DNA of 64,000 nt from Deltaproteobacteria bacterium. Its GTDB lineage: Bacteria > Myxococcota_A > Polyangia > Polyangiales > Houyiibacteriaceae. The stretch spans positions 32,001 through 96,000 of the forward strand of contig JAXMNT010000005.1 of the NCBI GenBank assembly GCA_034670305.1, given 5' to 3'. Position 1 is the stretch's first letter, and the number at the start of each line of letters is the position of its first letter. The position numbers and the translations under genes were made by a program. A model generated the notes under the pieces. It had not been told where the DNA came from. It did not search any database and saw only the letters and a list, made by a program, of their open reading frames with translations. Positions 31,089 through 41,267 of the stretch are shown piece by piece.

Positions 31089-32891
31089 TTGACCCAGCGT
31101 CGTCTCCAGTCCTCGCAGCGCGCCGCCGAGATGGCGCGACGACTTCCCGCCGAACGGGTGCACGCCTCCGAACGTCGGCGGCGGGATCTCTTTCTGTTGA
31201 CCGCCGGCGTGGTCTTCGCGGGACTCGGGCTCGCGCGCTTCCACACGTTCCACAACCGGACCTTCGACCTCGCGTTCTATACGCGCATGGCGTGGGGGTG
31301 GTCGCACTTCGACTTCTGGGACCCCTTCCTCGAAGCGTCGGTGCTCGGCGAACACCTCTCGCCGGTGCTCTTGCCGCTCGGCTTGCTCGGCTGGGTGTTC
31401 GGCACCGCCAACGTGCTGCTGGTCGCACAGTCCGCCAGCGCGGTCGGCGCCGCGTGGACCCTCGGGCGGGTCGCAGAACGCAACCTCCAAGGACTCCACA
31501 TCGGCAACGTGTGGTGGCTCGGTGCGGCGGGCCTACTGCTGCATCCCAACGTCGTGCACGTGCTCAGCTACGAAGCGCACCCGGGCACCCTGGCGCTGTG
31601 GCCGCTGGCGTGGCTGCTGGATCGCATCGACGCCGGGGACGGTCGCGGCGCGATGTGGGCCACCGTGTGTGTGCTCGCGTGCCGGGAAGATCTCGCGCTG
31701 ATGTGCGCCATGGCCGGGGTGGTCGCGCTCTTCGTCCGTCCGTCTGCGCGCCCGATCCGGCGCCGCACCGCGCTGCTCATCGTGCTCGGTTCGGTCACCT
31801 ACCTGATGGTGTTCATGTTGTACCTGCACCCGCAGTTCGCCCCCGCGATGGGTTCGTTCGATCTGCACTTCGGCCGCTGGGGCGACACACCGGGCGAAGC
31901 GGTGCGCGGGTTCCTCGCGGACCCCACCGATCTGTTCGCGCACCTGACCTCCGAACGGAACCTGACCTACCTGCCGCGCGTGCTCGCACCGCTGGCGCTG
32001 CTCTCGTTGCTGGGCCCGAGGTGGCTCCTGGTCGCGCTCCCGGTGTTCGCCATCAACCTGGTCTCGACCTTCGAGACGACGCCCAACCTCGACTCGCACT
32101 ACCTCACGCCGGCCCTCCCCGCGCTCGTCATGGCGGCGCTCACCGGACTCGGCCGCTTGCCCGCCCGGGTGCGATCCACCGCGCTCCGGCTCTCTGGCAT
32201 CACGCTGCTCATCGGGCTCGGGTGGGCCGGGCTCAGTCCGACGGCGGACGCGTTCTGGCCCGACGCGCGCACCCACGCCTCGCGCCGCCTGCTCGAGGCG
32301 GTCCACGACGGATCGATCCAGGCGCCCGATGCGCTCGTGCCCCATTTGGCGGAACGCGAGCGCGTCTTCCGCGCACCGCCACCAGACCGCGACGCGGACC
32401 AGGTGGTCCTCGATGCCTCGCACCGAGACCGCTATGCGCACGACGAAGATCTGCTTCGCACTCTGGAAGAACCGCTCGTGCGCGCCTGGCTTGCGCGCGA
32501 CTCGTACGGGCTGGTCGCCTACGAACCACCGTGGATGTTGTTCGAACGCGGCGCCGATCCACGCGCGCACCTGGAAGGCAGCGAGCGCCATGTGCGGCAA
32601 CGGCGGCGCCTGACCCGCTGCCTCGATCTGGTGAACTCGTCCTGGGCAGAGCACGAACTGCGTCTGCACCTCGAAGCCTCCCGCCCGTGCCCCACCGACC
32701 TCGCGCTGCGGTTCGACAGCGGGCGCGTCGACCTGCTCTTCGACGGACTCGTCTCACCGAGCCACCTGCGCGCCGGCGACCGCGTCGTCTCCCGCCACCG
32801 CTTCACGTCCGACCGCCCGACCTCCGTCCGCGCCATCCGCAGCAGCGGCGCGCCACCGAACCCCACCGACCGCGCGCTCCCCCTCCGCTGA
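31089..32891 (+). CDS. DUF2079 family polytopic membrane protein (GT-C-like)
   Basis: [30 protein letters not shown]; many TM helices. Confidence 0.8.
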   Translation: MTQRRLQSSQRAAEMARRLPAERVHASERRRRDLFLLTAGVVFAGLGLARFHTFHNRTFDLAFYTRMAWGWSHFDFWDPFLEASVLGEHLSPVLLPLGLLGWVFGTANVLLVAQSASAVGAAWTLGRVAERNLQGLHIGNVWWLGAAGLLLHPNVVHVLSYEAHPGTLALWPLAWLLDRIDAGDGRGAMWATVCVLACREDLALMCAMAGVVALFVRPSARPIRRRTALLIVLGSVTYLMVFMLYLHPQFAPAMGSFDLHFGRWGDTPGEAVRGFLADPTDLFAHLTSERNLTYLPRVLAPLALLSLLGPRWLLVALPVFAINLVSTFETTPNLDSHYLTPALPALVMAALTGLGRLPARVRSTALRLSGITLLIGLGWAGLSPTADAFWPDARTHASRRLLEAVHDGSIQAPDALVPHLAERERVFRAPPPDRDADQVVLDASHRDRYAHDEDLLRTLEEPLVRAWLARDSYGLVAYEPPWMLFERGADPRAHLEGSERHVRQRRRLTRCLDLVNSSWAEHELRLHLEASRPCPTDLALRFDSGRVDLLFDGLVSPSHLRAGDRVVSRHRFTSDRPTSVRAIRSSGAPPNPTDRALPLR

Positions 32892-32919
32892 CCACGAAGC
32901 AGCCCCGTGCTGCCGCAAG

Positions 32920-33270
32920 GTTTCGGAGTCGGCGTCGGCTTCGGATTCGGATTCGGAGTCGGCTTCGGCTTCGGCTTCGGCTTCGGCTTCGGCTTCGGCT
33001 TCGGCTTCGGCGTCGGCTTCGGCTTCGGATTCGGATTCGGATTCGGCCTCGGCTTCGGATTCGGCTTCGGCTTCGGATTCGAAGGGCAAGGGCAAGGCAT
33101 CCTCTCCTGCGGATTCGGATTCGGACACCGAGGGCAGGGGCAGGGGCAAGGGCAAGGGCAAGGCATCCTCTCCTTCGGATTCGGATTCGGACACCGAGGG
33201 CAGGGGCAAGGGCAAGGGCAAGGGCAAGGGCAAGGCATCCTCTCCTTCGGATTCGGATTCGGACACCGAG
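32920..33270 (+). repeat. Composite tract: (TTCGGM)n, then three higher-order units of (GGGCAR)n-GGCATCCTCTCCT-(TCGGAT)n-CACC
   Basis: Directly visible; units at about 33080-33127, 33128-33193 and 33194-33268. Confidence 0.93.
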
Positions 33271-33283
33271 TTCTCCTTCGGCG

Positions 33284-34237
33284 CTACGGAAGCCAGCGCA
33301 CGAACAGATCGTCGCCCGCCGCCGCGCCCCGCACCTGCAGATCCTGTCCGCCCATCAACGCATCCCGCACGACGGCCCAGTCGGCGTCCCGCAAAAAATA
33401 CGCGTACCCGTCTTCGAGCAGCTGGGACGCGTTGTCCGCCTGTTCGGGCACGAATGTCAGGTGGCAACCGCCGAGCTGCACCCCGGCGGAGTTCGGGGGC
33501 GCGACGGCGCTCGGGCCTGTCTGTCCGGCGCACCAGACCAGGCAGCCATCCGCATTCGGATCGACCTCATTCATCAGCAGCGTGAGCGCGGCGTTGCGCG
33601 GCAGACTGGCGAGCTGCTGCAGCAGAGACGCACTCCGCGCCCGGCTCAGCCGCAGCTCGATCAGCGTCGCACCTGCGACCTCGACCGAGGAGGCGCGGGT
33701 CACCGTCGCGCCGACCACCGCGAGCCGGGCGATCTGGTGCAGCATGCTCCCCTCGTCGTGCATCGCCGAGAGGCGGGCGCGCGCCGGATCGCTCCACGGC
33801 GGGTACGGGTAGTAGCAATGCGTTTGTGCCAGGCGACTGAGCACGCGGCGCAACCCAAACGCCTCCACCATGTCGAGCTCGGCGCTCGTGGCGAGCAGAG
33901 CGACCAGCCCTTCGGCATCGATCAGCCCGTCCATCGCAGACGGCCGTGCATAGACCACACCCTGAAACCCAGGCGCCGGTCCGCCGAACGGGAGCAGTCC
34001 CCCGAGCCGGGTGACGCCGCCGACCTGGACGCCCATGCCCTGCTCGGCCGCCGAAGCGATCGCGCGCAGCAGAGGCACGAGCGGCTCGAGGGTGGCCTGT
34101 CCGGCGAACGCGAACGCGAGCTCCCGATGACCGAGCACCCGCAGGCCATCGGTGACCAGCACTTGTCCAGGCACCTGCGGATCGGTCCCGAAGGAACGCG
34201 TCTTTACGTGTGCCTGAACCGCGCCGGTGATCTGCAT
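33284..34237 (-). CDS. Hypothetical protein resembling the SARA/endofin C-terminal (DUF3480) domain
   Basis: ATG 34237 overlaps the upstream TGA; motifs TDGL...GHREL, RLAQTHCYYPYPPWS, ADGCLVW, LLEDG, VRDAL. Confidence 0.7.
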   Translation of the reverse strand: MQITGAVQAHVKTRSFGTDPQVPGQVLVTDGLRVLGHRELAFAFAGQATLEPLVPLLRAIASAAEQGMGVQVGGVTRLGGLLPFGGPAPGFQGVVYARPSAMDGLIDAEGLVALLATSAELDMVEAFGLRRVLSRLAQTHCYYPYPPWSDPARARLSAMHDEGSMLHQIARLAVVGATVTRASSVEVAGATLIELRLSRARSASLLQQLASLPRNAALTLLMNEVDPNADGCLVWCAGQTGPSAVAPPNSAGVQLGGCHLTFVPEQADNASQLLEDGYAYFLRDADWAVVRDALMGGQDLQVRGAAAGDDLFVRWLP

Positions 34238-36672
34238 CAGCCGCTCGCGACCGGGGTCCACGCCACCGCGAAGCGGATGATCTCGATGTCGCCCTTCTTG
34301 GGCGCGATCGCGATCTCGTCGACCGGCGGCAGCTCCATCGTCTCCGCCTTCACTTCGACGAGCGCGAACTTGAGTTCGGTGTCGAGTTCCTCGAGCTCCG
34401 CCTGCAGGTCGGACAGCTTCTCTTCCGCGCGCTTCACATCGTCTGCTTCGCTCGCCACCCGAGACGCGCGACGCGCTGCAGTCGCGGCGCTGCGCGCGCC
34501 GGCCGCCACGCTGCGCCGGCCGAAGATCGCGCCGATCACGCTCGTCGCCACGGTCAGTCCGGTGTCGACCTTCTTCTGACGGGCTTGGCCCTTCTCCTTC
34601 GCGACCTTGTCTTCGGCCTTGTCGATCTTCGCGGCGAGCTTTGCGTGTTTCGCCTCGAACTTCTCTTTCACCTTCTCCATCTTCGCGTCGCGATCCTCGC
34701 GCACCGCCTGCCGCAGCCGCGCGTAGAACGCATCCGGCGTCTCGCCGAGCGTGCTGTACATCTTGAACGACTTGCAGTGGCCGATCTGCAACGGCGCGGT
34801 CGCGTGCAGGTGCTTCTTGAGCGCCGACTTCAGCGAACGAAGCTTGCCCTTCTGCAGCGCCTTGGCGGGCACGTCCTCGTACCCCTTGGCCGCGAGGGGT
34901 TGCTCGCGGATCCGCATCTGCGCCGGGTCGACGTACATACCCGCGTCCCAGATCGCGTTGGGCGCGGCGGCGGTCAACGGCGCGAGCACCGTCGGTTCGT
35001 ACCAGGTGTCGATGCCGGCCGCCGCGCGGCTGTAGTGCAGTCGCACCGTCGCGAGGATCGCCGGGCGGTAGACGAAGTCGCCCACCGGTTCGCCGACGAA
35101 GATCTCCTCCTCGATGTGGTCGGGCAGCACCGGGCGCGCGCTCGCCGAGGGCGTCGGGCTCGACGACGCCGCGCCGCCCGCCACCGCTGCCGCGACCGCC
35201 GCCGTCGCCACCGCACCGGTCGCCGACGCCGCTTTGGTCCGCGTCGCCACGTCGGCGATCGGCGCTTCCGGAGGTGGGCTGAGCACCCCGATCTGATCGC
35301 GGGTGAGCGGCCCGCGCAGAAACGACATCGCCCAACGCGTGTGGAAGAGCACCGGCGCGCGGTCGTGCACGTTGTTCATCAGGAACACGCGTTTGCCGAG
35401 CCCGGCCAAGGTCGTGCGCATGGCCGACGCATCGAAGGAGCCACCGGCCGCTTGCGCGGCGCCGCTGAGCCCATCGAGCACCCGGTCCACGTCGCGCTCG
35501 GTTTGCAGCCGACCAAGCCACCACGTGCCGCAGTTGGAGAGCGCCTTGTAGTCGAGGTCGGCTGGGTTCTGAGTCGCCAGCACGAGGCCGAGCCCGTACG
35601 CGCGCGCTTGTTTGAGCAGGGTCAGAAACAGCCGCTTGGTCGGCGGCTCGCGCACCGGCGGGAGAAACCCGAAGACCTCGTCGACGTAGAGCAGCGCCCG
35701 CAAACTCGAGGTGCCGGGCTGCGACCGCATCCACGCGACGAGCTCCCCGAGCAGCACCGTCAGAAAGAAGATCCGCTCCGCTTCACCGAGGTGTGCGATC
35801 GACAGGATGCTCACCCGCGGTTTGCCACTCTCGCTGAAGAGCAGGCGCTGGATGTCGAGCGGCTCTCCTTCGAGCCACGCGGAGAACCCTGGGCTCGCCA
35901 ACAGACCGTTCAGACGCATGCCGAGCTTCTGGCGATCCTTGGGCGGGAAGAACGTGTCGAGGTCGAGCACACCGATGCGGGAGACCGGCGGGTCGAAGGT
36001 CGCGCGCACGAGGTCCGCGAGATCCAGCGACCGTCCTTCGGTCCACGCCTTGTGCAGCACCGCCGACAAGAACACGTGTTCGCCGCTCTGCATCGGGTCC
36101 GCGTCGATGCCGGCGAGCGCCAACAGGCCGCTCACCGCGGCGCCCACCCGCTCGCGCAGCGACTCGGCGTCGGCGAGCACTTCGGCCGTCGGCGCGCCCA
36201 AGGAGCCGAGCACCGAGATCTGCCGACCCGCGGTGGAACCGGGCGTGTAGATCGTCATGTCGACCGCGTCGCGGAGGCGCTGGATGCGCGCGCCGTCCTG
36301 TCCCCAGTCGGCGAGCCCCTTCTTCCACCGCGCCGCGACGACGTCCGCTTCTTCGCCCACGCTGCGCCCATTGCGGCGCGCTTCGTCCGCGTCGATCCAA
36401 GGCTCGAAGTCGCCGGCGTCCTGGCTCGGAAACGTGAGCAAGAGGTTGCCGAGGTCGCCCTTGGGATCGATGCAGATCGCGGGCACACCGTCGATGGCCG
36501 CTTCTTCCAGAAGTGTGACGCACAGGCCGGTCTTGCCCGAGCCGGTCATGCCGACGCAGAACGCGTGGGTCGTCAGATCGGACGCCTCGTAGAGAATGGT
36601 CTCGTCGGTGACGCCATCCTCCGCATCCCATCGGCGGCCAAGGTAGAACGCACCGAGCTTCTCGAAGTCCAT
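34237..36672 (-). CDS. HerA/DUF87-like P-loop ATPase with C-terminal coiled coil
   Basis: Walker A GMTGSGKT, IDPKGD, Walker B LLYVDE, LKQARAYGLG, ATQNP; Lys/Glu-rich coiled-coil tail. Confidence 0.9.
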   Translation of the reverse strand: MDFEKLGAFYLGRRWDAEDGVTDETILYEASDLTTHAFCVGMTGSGKTGLCVTLLEEAAIDGVPAICIDPKGDLGNLLLTFPSQDAGDFEPWIDADEARRNGRSVGEEADVVAARWKKGLADWGQDGARIQRLRDAVDMTIYTPGSTAGRQISVLGSLGAPTAEVLADAESLRERVGAAVSGLLALAGIDADPMQSGEHVFLSAVLHKAWTEGRSLDLADLVRATFDPPVSRIGVLDLDTFFPPKDRQKLGMRLNGLLASPGFSAWLEGEPLDIQRLLFSESGKPRVSILSIAHLGEAERIFFLTVLLGELVAWMRSQPGTSSLRALLYVDEVFGFLPPVREPPTKRLFLTLLKQARAYGLGLVLATQNPADLDYKALSNCGTWWLGRLQTERDVDRVLDGLSGAAQAAGGSFDASAMRTTLAGLGKRVFLMNNVHDRAPVLFHTRWAMSFLRGPLTRDQIGVLSPPPEAPIADVATRTKAASATGAVATAAVAAAVAGGAASSSPTPSASARPVLPDHIEEEIFVGEPVGDFVYRPAILATVRLHYSRAAAGIDTWYEPTVLAPLTAAAPNAIWDAGMYVDPAQMRIREQPLAAKGYEDVPAKALQKGKLRSLKSALKKHLHATAPLQIGHCKSFKMYSTLGETPDAFYARLRQAVREDRDAKMEKVKEKFEAKHAKLAAKIDKAEDKVAKEKGQARQKKVDTGLTVATSVIGAIFGRRSVAAGARSAATAARRASRVASEADDVKRAEEKLSDLQAELEELDTELKFALVEVKAETMELPPVDEIAIAPKKGDIEIIRFAVAWTPVASG

Positions 36673-36779
36673 AGGCGCGGCACGATACCAAACCCCTCGC
36701 CTCCGCGAGTCGCGGCGAACGGCCGTGATCCCGCGCCAGTACGCTTCTCGCGGGCTGCGGATCCCAGCGTCGAACGCGT

Positions 36780-37931
36780 TCAGTCGGTCAGGGCGAACTC
36801 CGTGTCGGCGACGACTTCGCCATTCACCAACACGTCCACCGCGTGCTTGCCGGCATACAGCGGGCGGATGCTCACGACCCGTAGGTGTTGCTTCTTCTCG
36901 AGTGTGACGGACTCGTCGCGCCCGAGCCGGCGTTCGGTCCACTTGAAGACCTTCGGCCGCGCTTCACCGTTCGCCTTCACGTAGTGCACCCGGTAGTCGA
37001 TCAGCACCGACTGGGGCGACTTGGCCGCGTTGTGAAGTTCGAGCGTCAGCTGCACGCCACCACCGATCGCGACCTTCTGCGGGTGGACCCGGAGCGTCGC
37101 GCGCAGGTCCTTCGGAGGGCGGTAGCCGAGGACCGCGAGGGCCTTCGGATCGCCCGCTTTGATGAGCGAGCGGAGCGCGTGCCGGACGAGTTTCCGCCGG
37201 GCCTCGGTGCGCGCCTCCGGTTCGCCCTTCGGCTTCTTCCACCACCGCCGCGCGATCTTCAGCACGAGCGCCGGATGCGCCTTCGCGATGTCGTTGAGGT
37301 GGTTCGCGACCGAACGACGCACGTAGAGTTCGGGATCGTCGCGCAGCGCTTCGAGAATCGGCAGCACCGGGGTGGGGTCCTCGTCGAGCGCACGCAGCCG
37401 CGCCCCCCACGGCAGCCGCGGTCGCGTGCCTTCGCTGCACCAGCGCCGCACGTGCCGGCTCGGATGCGACGTCCACACGAGCAACTGCGCGAGCACCGGC
37501 TCCGGGTACTGGGCGACGAAGGGCCGCACCGCGAACTCGGAGCTGAAGCGCTGGGTCAATTCCATCATCGCGTGCATCGCCACATCGACATCGACCGGGT
37601 CGCCCGCCGCGTGGTCGCCGATCAGTTGCCCAAGCGGCCAGAGCAAGAAGCCATCGGTCACTTGGTCGTCGTCTTCGAGGACGGGCGGCAGCGCGGACAC
37701 GATCGCCGCGAGCATCTCGGGCACCGGCTCTGGCAACTCGCGCCGGAGCGCGGCCGACCACTGGCGCACCCGGTCCATCATCTCGAGCGCGTCCAGATCC
37801 TTCAGCGCAGCACGCAAGAACCGCTGGGTGCGAAAACCCTCGACGTGGGCGAACCGTTTCGCCAGACGCTTCGCGGCGGTGGGGTCGTACCAGTGTTTGA
37901 ACGCGTTCGGGTTGTCTCGATCGTCGGCCAT
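36780..37931 (-). CDS. DNA alkylation repair glycosylase, AlkC-like (HEAT-like repeats + C-terminal Ig-like domain)
   Basis: LTQRFSSEFAVRPF, HVRRWCSEGTRPRLPW, YVRRSVANHLND, IDYRVHYVKANG..KVFK. Confidence 0.88.
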   Translation of the reverse strand: MADDRDNPNAFKHWYDPTAAKRLAKRFAHVEGFRTQRFLRAALKDLDALEMMDRVRQWSAALRRELPEPVPEMLAAIVSALPPVLEDDDQVTDGFLLWPLGQLIGDHAAGDPVDVDVAMHAMMELTQRFSSEFAVRPFVAQYPEPVLAQLLVWTSHPSRHVRRWCSEGTRPRLPWGARLRALDEDPTPVLPILEALRDDPELYVRRSVANHLNDIAKAHPALVLKIARRWWKKPKGEPEARTEARRKLVRHALRSLIKAGDPKALAVLGYRPPKDLRATLRVHPQKVAIGGGVQLTLELHNAAKSPQSVLIDYRVHYVKANGEARPKVFKWTERRLGRDESVTLEKKQHLRVVSIRPLYAGKHAVDVLVNGEVVADTEFALTD

Positions 37932-37980
37932 GCGGCGCGCATCCTAGCCGGTGGGTGAGACAGCCCGGACGAGAACGCGG

Positions 37981-38700
37981 TCAGTCCTGGATCCGGTAGC
38001 TCGCCAGCGCGGGCACGAGCCAGCCCGAGAGCAGGCCGACCACCGCGCCGACGACCACATCGCTCGGATGGTGGCGCCCGGCGAGCAGCCGAAGCAGTCC
38101 AACGAGCGAAGCGACCGCCACCGACACCCCGCACGCGAGCCGTCCCGCGAGACGGCTGTGGAAGATGTCGAGGTGGCGCTGGTTCGTGCAGGTGAGGGCC
38201 GCCCCGGTGAACGCGAGCGAGGTGTGTCCACTCGGAAAGCTGCGGTTGGCCGAACGCGCCTCCGAGTCGCCCGGCCGTGCGCGCCGGGTGGTGTACTTCA
38301 GCAGCGTGGTCGCGAAGAGCGCGAGCGCATGGGAGCGCAGGCCGAGCGCCGCCAACTGTCCTGCCGAGTCGGCGCTGCGCCCGTAGAGCAGCAGCGGTTC
38401 GACCAAGACCGGAAGCAGCGCGGTCGCGAACGCCAGCGGGTCCGACGCCAGCGCGAGGTGCTCGCGGGTCGCCGGGCGCAGCGGGGTCATGTCCACCGCG
38501 TCGAATGGGCCCACGCGCTCCCAGGCCGGCTCGGTGGTGTCCACGGCGAACGCGATGGTCAGGGTGCCCGCGAGCGCCACCCCAGACGTGATGGCGTCGC
38601 CGATCCCGAAGCGGTGCCAGTCGGGCTCCCAATCGACCTGGGCGCCAGCGGTGTGGGGCAGCCACAGCACCAGACACACCAGCCACCGACCCCACGCCAT
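37981..38700 (-). CDS. PAP2 family phosphatase
   Basis: KYTTRRARP, SFPSGH, RLLAGRHHPSDV; signal peptide. Confidence 0.88.
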   Translation of the reverse strand: MAWGRWLVCLVLWLPHTAGAQVDWEPDWHRFGIGDAITSGVALAGTLTIAFAVDTTEPAWERVGPFDAVDMTPLRPATREHLALASDPLAFATALLPVLVEPLLLYGRSADSAGQLAALGLRSHALALFATTLLKYTTRRARPGDSEARSANRSFPSGHTSLAFTGAALTCTNQRHLDIFHSRLAGRLACGVSVAVASLVGLLRLLAGRHHPSDVVVGAVVGLLSGWLVPALASYRIQD

Positions 38701-38820
38701 GGCTGTCGATGTAGCAGTTTGCCCGACCCAGAGCGCACGGTGAGACCGAGAATCACCCAACCGTACAGTGTAAGATTCACGCCCTTTCGGTTCGGCCGGC
38801 CAGCGGCTACCCTTTTGGTC

Positions 38821-39078
38821 ATGTCTCGCGCCACAAAAACACATACGTTTTGTGTAGAGCTCACCCATCCAGGGGAGCACCGCAGACTTCTGGTAGAGGT
38901 GGTTGGTCGACTGAAGCGACTCACCACCGACGCAGCTCAACGGCTCGTGTCCCGAACCCCGATCATCCTTCAGGAAGGCCTGTCCCGCCCGGAAGCCGAG
39001 CGGGTCAAGGCCGCGCTCGAGGCTGCGGGTGCACGGGTCACTCTGGACTGGCGTCCCGCCGTCGACCAAACGGGCTGA
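38821..39078 (+). CDS. Small protein resembling the ribosomal protein L7/L12 C-terminal domain
   Basis: AQRLVSRTPIILQEGLSRPEAERVKAALEAAGARVTL resembles the L7/L12 CTD tail; no L7/L12 N-terminal domain. Confidence 0.65.
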   Translation: MSRATKTHTFCVELTHPGEHRRLLVEVVGRLKRLTTDAAQRLVSRTPIILQEGLSRPEAERVKAALEAAGARVTLDWRPAVDQTG

Positions 39079-39115
39079 GTTTGGCGTACGGGCCGAGAGG
39101 GCCTAGACCGAACCC

Positions 39116-39664
39116 GTGACCGAGACGCGCTGGGTGTTCGGATACGGTTCGCTCGTGTGGCGGCCGGCGTTCCCCTACGTCCGAAAGGCGCCTGGGTTCG
39201 TGCGGGGATGGAGCCGCCGGTTCTGGCAGGGCAGCACCGACCACCGTGGCGTACCCGGTGCACCGGGCCGGGTGGTGACACTCTTGCCCGATGCGGATGC
39301 AGCGCCGTGCTGGGGCATGGCGTACGAGATCGCGCCCGAAGACGCGCCGAAGATCCTCGCCGCGCTGGACCACCGCGAGAAGGGTGGCTACGCGCGGCAC
39401 GAGCTCTCGGTGCAGCTCGACACACCGGGTGAGCCGACCGTGGCTGCGCTCGTGTACGTGGCCACGACTGAGAACCCGGAGTACCTGGGGGAGGCGCCGC
39501 TCGAAACGATCGCGGCGCAGATCGCCGCGAGTCGCGGGCCGAGCGGCGACAATCGGACCTACGTCCTGCAGTTGGCGCGCTCACTCCACGAGATGGGCGC
39601 GCCGGACCCGCACGTCGAAGCCCTCGCCGCCTTCTTCGAGGGAGCCTCCGCGAAAGGCGGATAA
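39116..39664 (+). CDS. chaC: Glutathione-specific gamma-glutamylcyclotransferase (ChaC family)
   Basis: WVFGYGSLVWRP, STDHRG.P..PGRVVTL, LDHRE, GPSGDN. Confidence 0.92.
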   Translation: MTETRWVFGYGSLVWRPAFPYVRKAPGFVRGWSRRFWQGSTDHRGVPGAPGRVVTLLPDADAAPCWGMAYEIAPEDAPKILAALDHREKGGYARHELSVQLDTPGEPTVAALVYVATTENPEYLGEAPLETIAAQIAASRGPSGDNRTYVLQLARSLHEMGAPDPHVEALAAFFEGASAKGG

Positions 39665-39678
39665 CCTCCTGGCCTGCG

Positions 39679-40479
39679 ATGAATGCGTTTCTTGGATTTC
39701 TGTTCGGCGTGGTGGCCACGGTCGGGGCGCTCCTCGGCTGGAGCTACTACTCGGACCAGCAAGACCAGGGACAACGGTCATCGGCTCCGACGGTGGTGCC
39801 CTCCGCCCCCGAACTGATCCGAGAGATCGTCGATCCCCGACCTCGGACCCCGCGGGTCGTGTACCTCAACCGCGAAGGCGCGATCTTGCGGGCGGGCGTC
39901 GACGACTCGACGAAGAACGTGTCGAGCATCGTCGAACACGTCTTGCAAACCGAGATCGACTATCCGGCGTTCGCCTCCACCGGGAGTCGGTGGCGCGGCA
40001 TCGTCGAGTGCGTGCAGGAGAAACTCGAGGCGTTCGACGTCGTCGTGACGGACCGGCGCCCCACGGAGCCGGGCTACATCATGGTGATGATCGGCGGGCG
40101 ACCGAGTCTGCTCGGAAGCGACAACCCGCACGTGCATGCGGCGGGGCTGTCGCCGTTTCATGGCGGCGTGATCCCCGATTCGATCGTCATGGTGTTTGCG
40201 CAAGAGGTCCGGCACAGCGAACGCGAAACCTGCGAAGCGGCGGCGCAGGAGATCGCGCACTCGTACGGACTCGACCACACCTACGACTGCCGAGACCTGA
40301 TGACGTACCGGCGTCGTTGCGGACGCGCCCGCACCTTCGTCGACGAAGACATGCCGTGCGGCGAACACGAAGCCCGCGACTGCAAACCGGCCGACTCGGG
40401 CCCCACCCAGAACAGCCACGCCCGATTGATGGAAGTGCTCGGGCCCCGCCCCCCACCCGCGCCCGCTCCAGAAGAGTGA
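39679..40479 (+). CDS. Membrane-anchored metzincin-like protein with QExxH variant motif
   Basis: AAQEIAHSYGLDH followed by a DLM Met-turn; N-terminal TM helix. Confidence 0.75.
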   Translation: MNAFLGFLFGVVATVGALLGWSYYSDQQDQGQRSSAPTVVPSAPELIREIVDPRPRTPRVVYLNREGAILRAGVDDSTKNVSSIVEHVLQTEIDYPAFASTGSRWRGIVECVQEKLEAFDVVVTDRRPTEPGYIMVMIGGRPSLLGSDNPHVHAAGLSPFHGGVIPDSIVMVFAQEVRHSERETCEAAAQEIAHSYGLDHTYDCRDLMTYRRRCGRARTFVDEDMPCGEHEARDCKPADSGPTQNSHARLMEVLGPRPPPAPAPEE

Positions 40480-40529
40480 CGCGACGCGCACTCGGTGCAC
40501 GCAGCGGTCAATTCTGCGAACCTCGCCGC

Positions 40530-41108
<579 letters not shown>

Positions 41109-41114
41109 CGCGGC

Positions 41115-41210
41115 AGCGTCGGGGTCGGGCTCGGCGTCGGGGTCGGCTTCGGGGTCGGCTTGAAACCGAGGGCAAGGGCAAGGGCAGGGGCAAGGGCAAG
41201 GGCAGGGGCC
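41115..41210 (+). repeat. Short (NTCGGS)n + (GGGCAR)n tract
   Basis: Directly visible after the stop at 41108; G-runs at 41170-41208. Confidence 0.85.
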
Positions 41211-41267
41211 CCGGATCGACGCGGTAGGTAACATCTGGCGCTGCAATGCGTCATTGTTCCAATCCCC

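Noticed and set aside
33080-33268. Possible CRISPR mini-array (three repeated units)
   Set aside because: The intervening sequence is itself low-complexity GGGCAR repeat, not unique spacers
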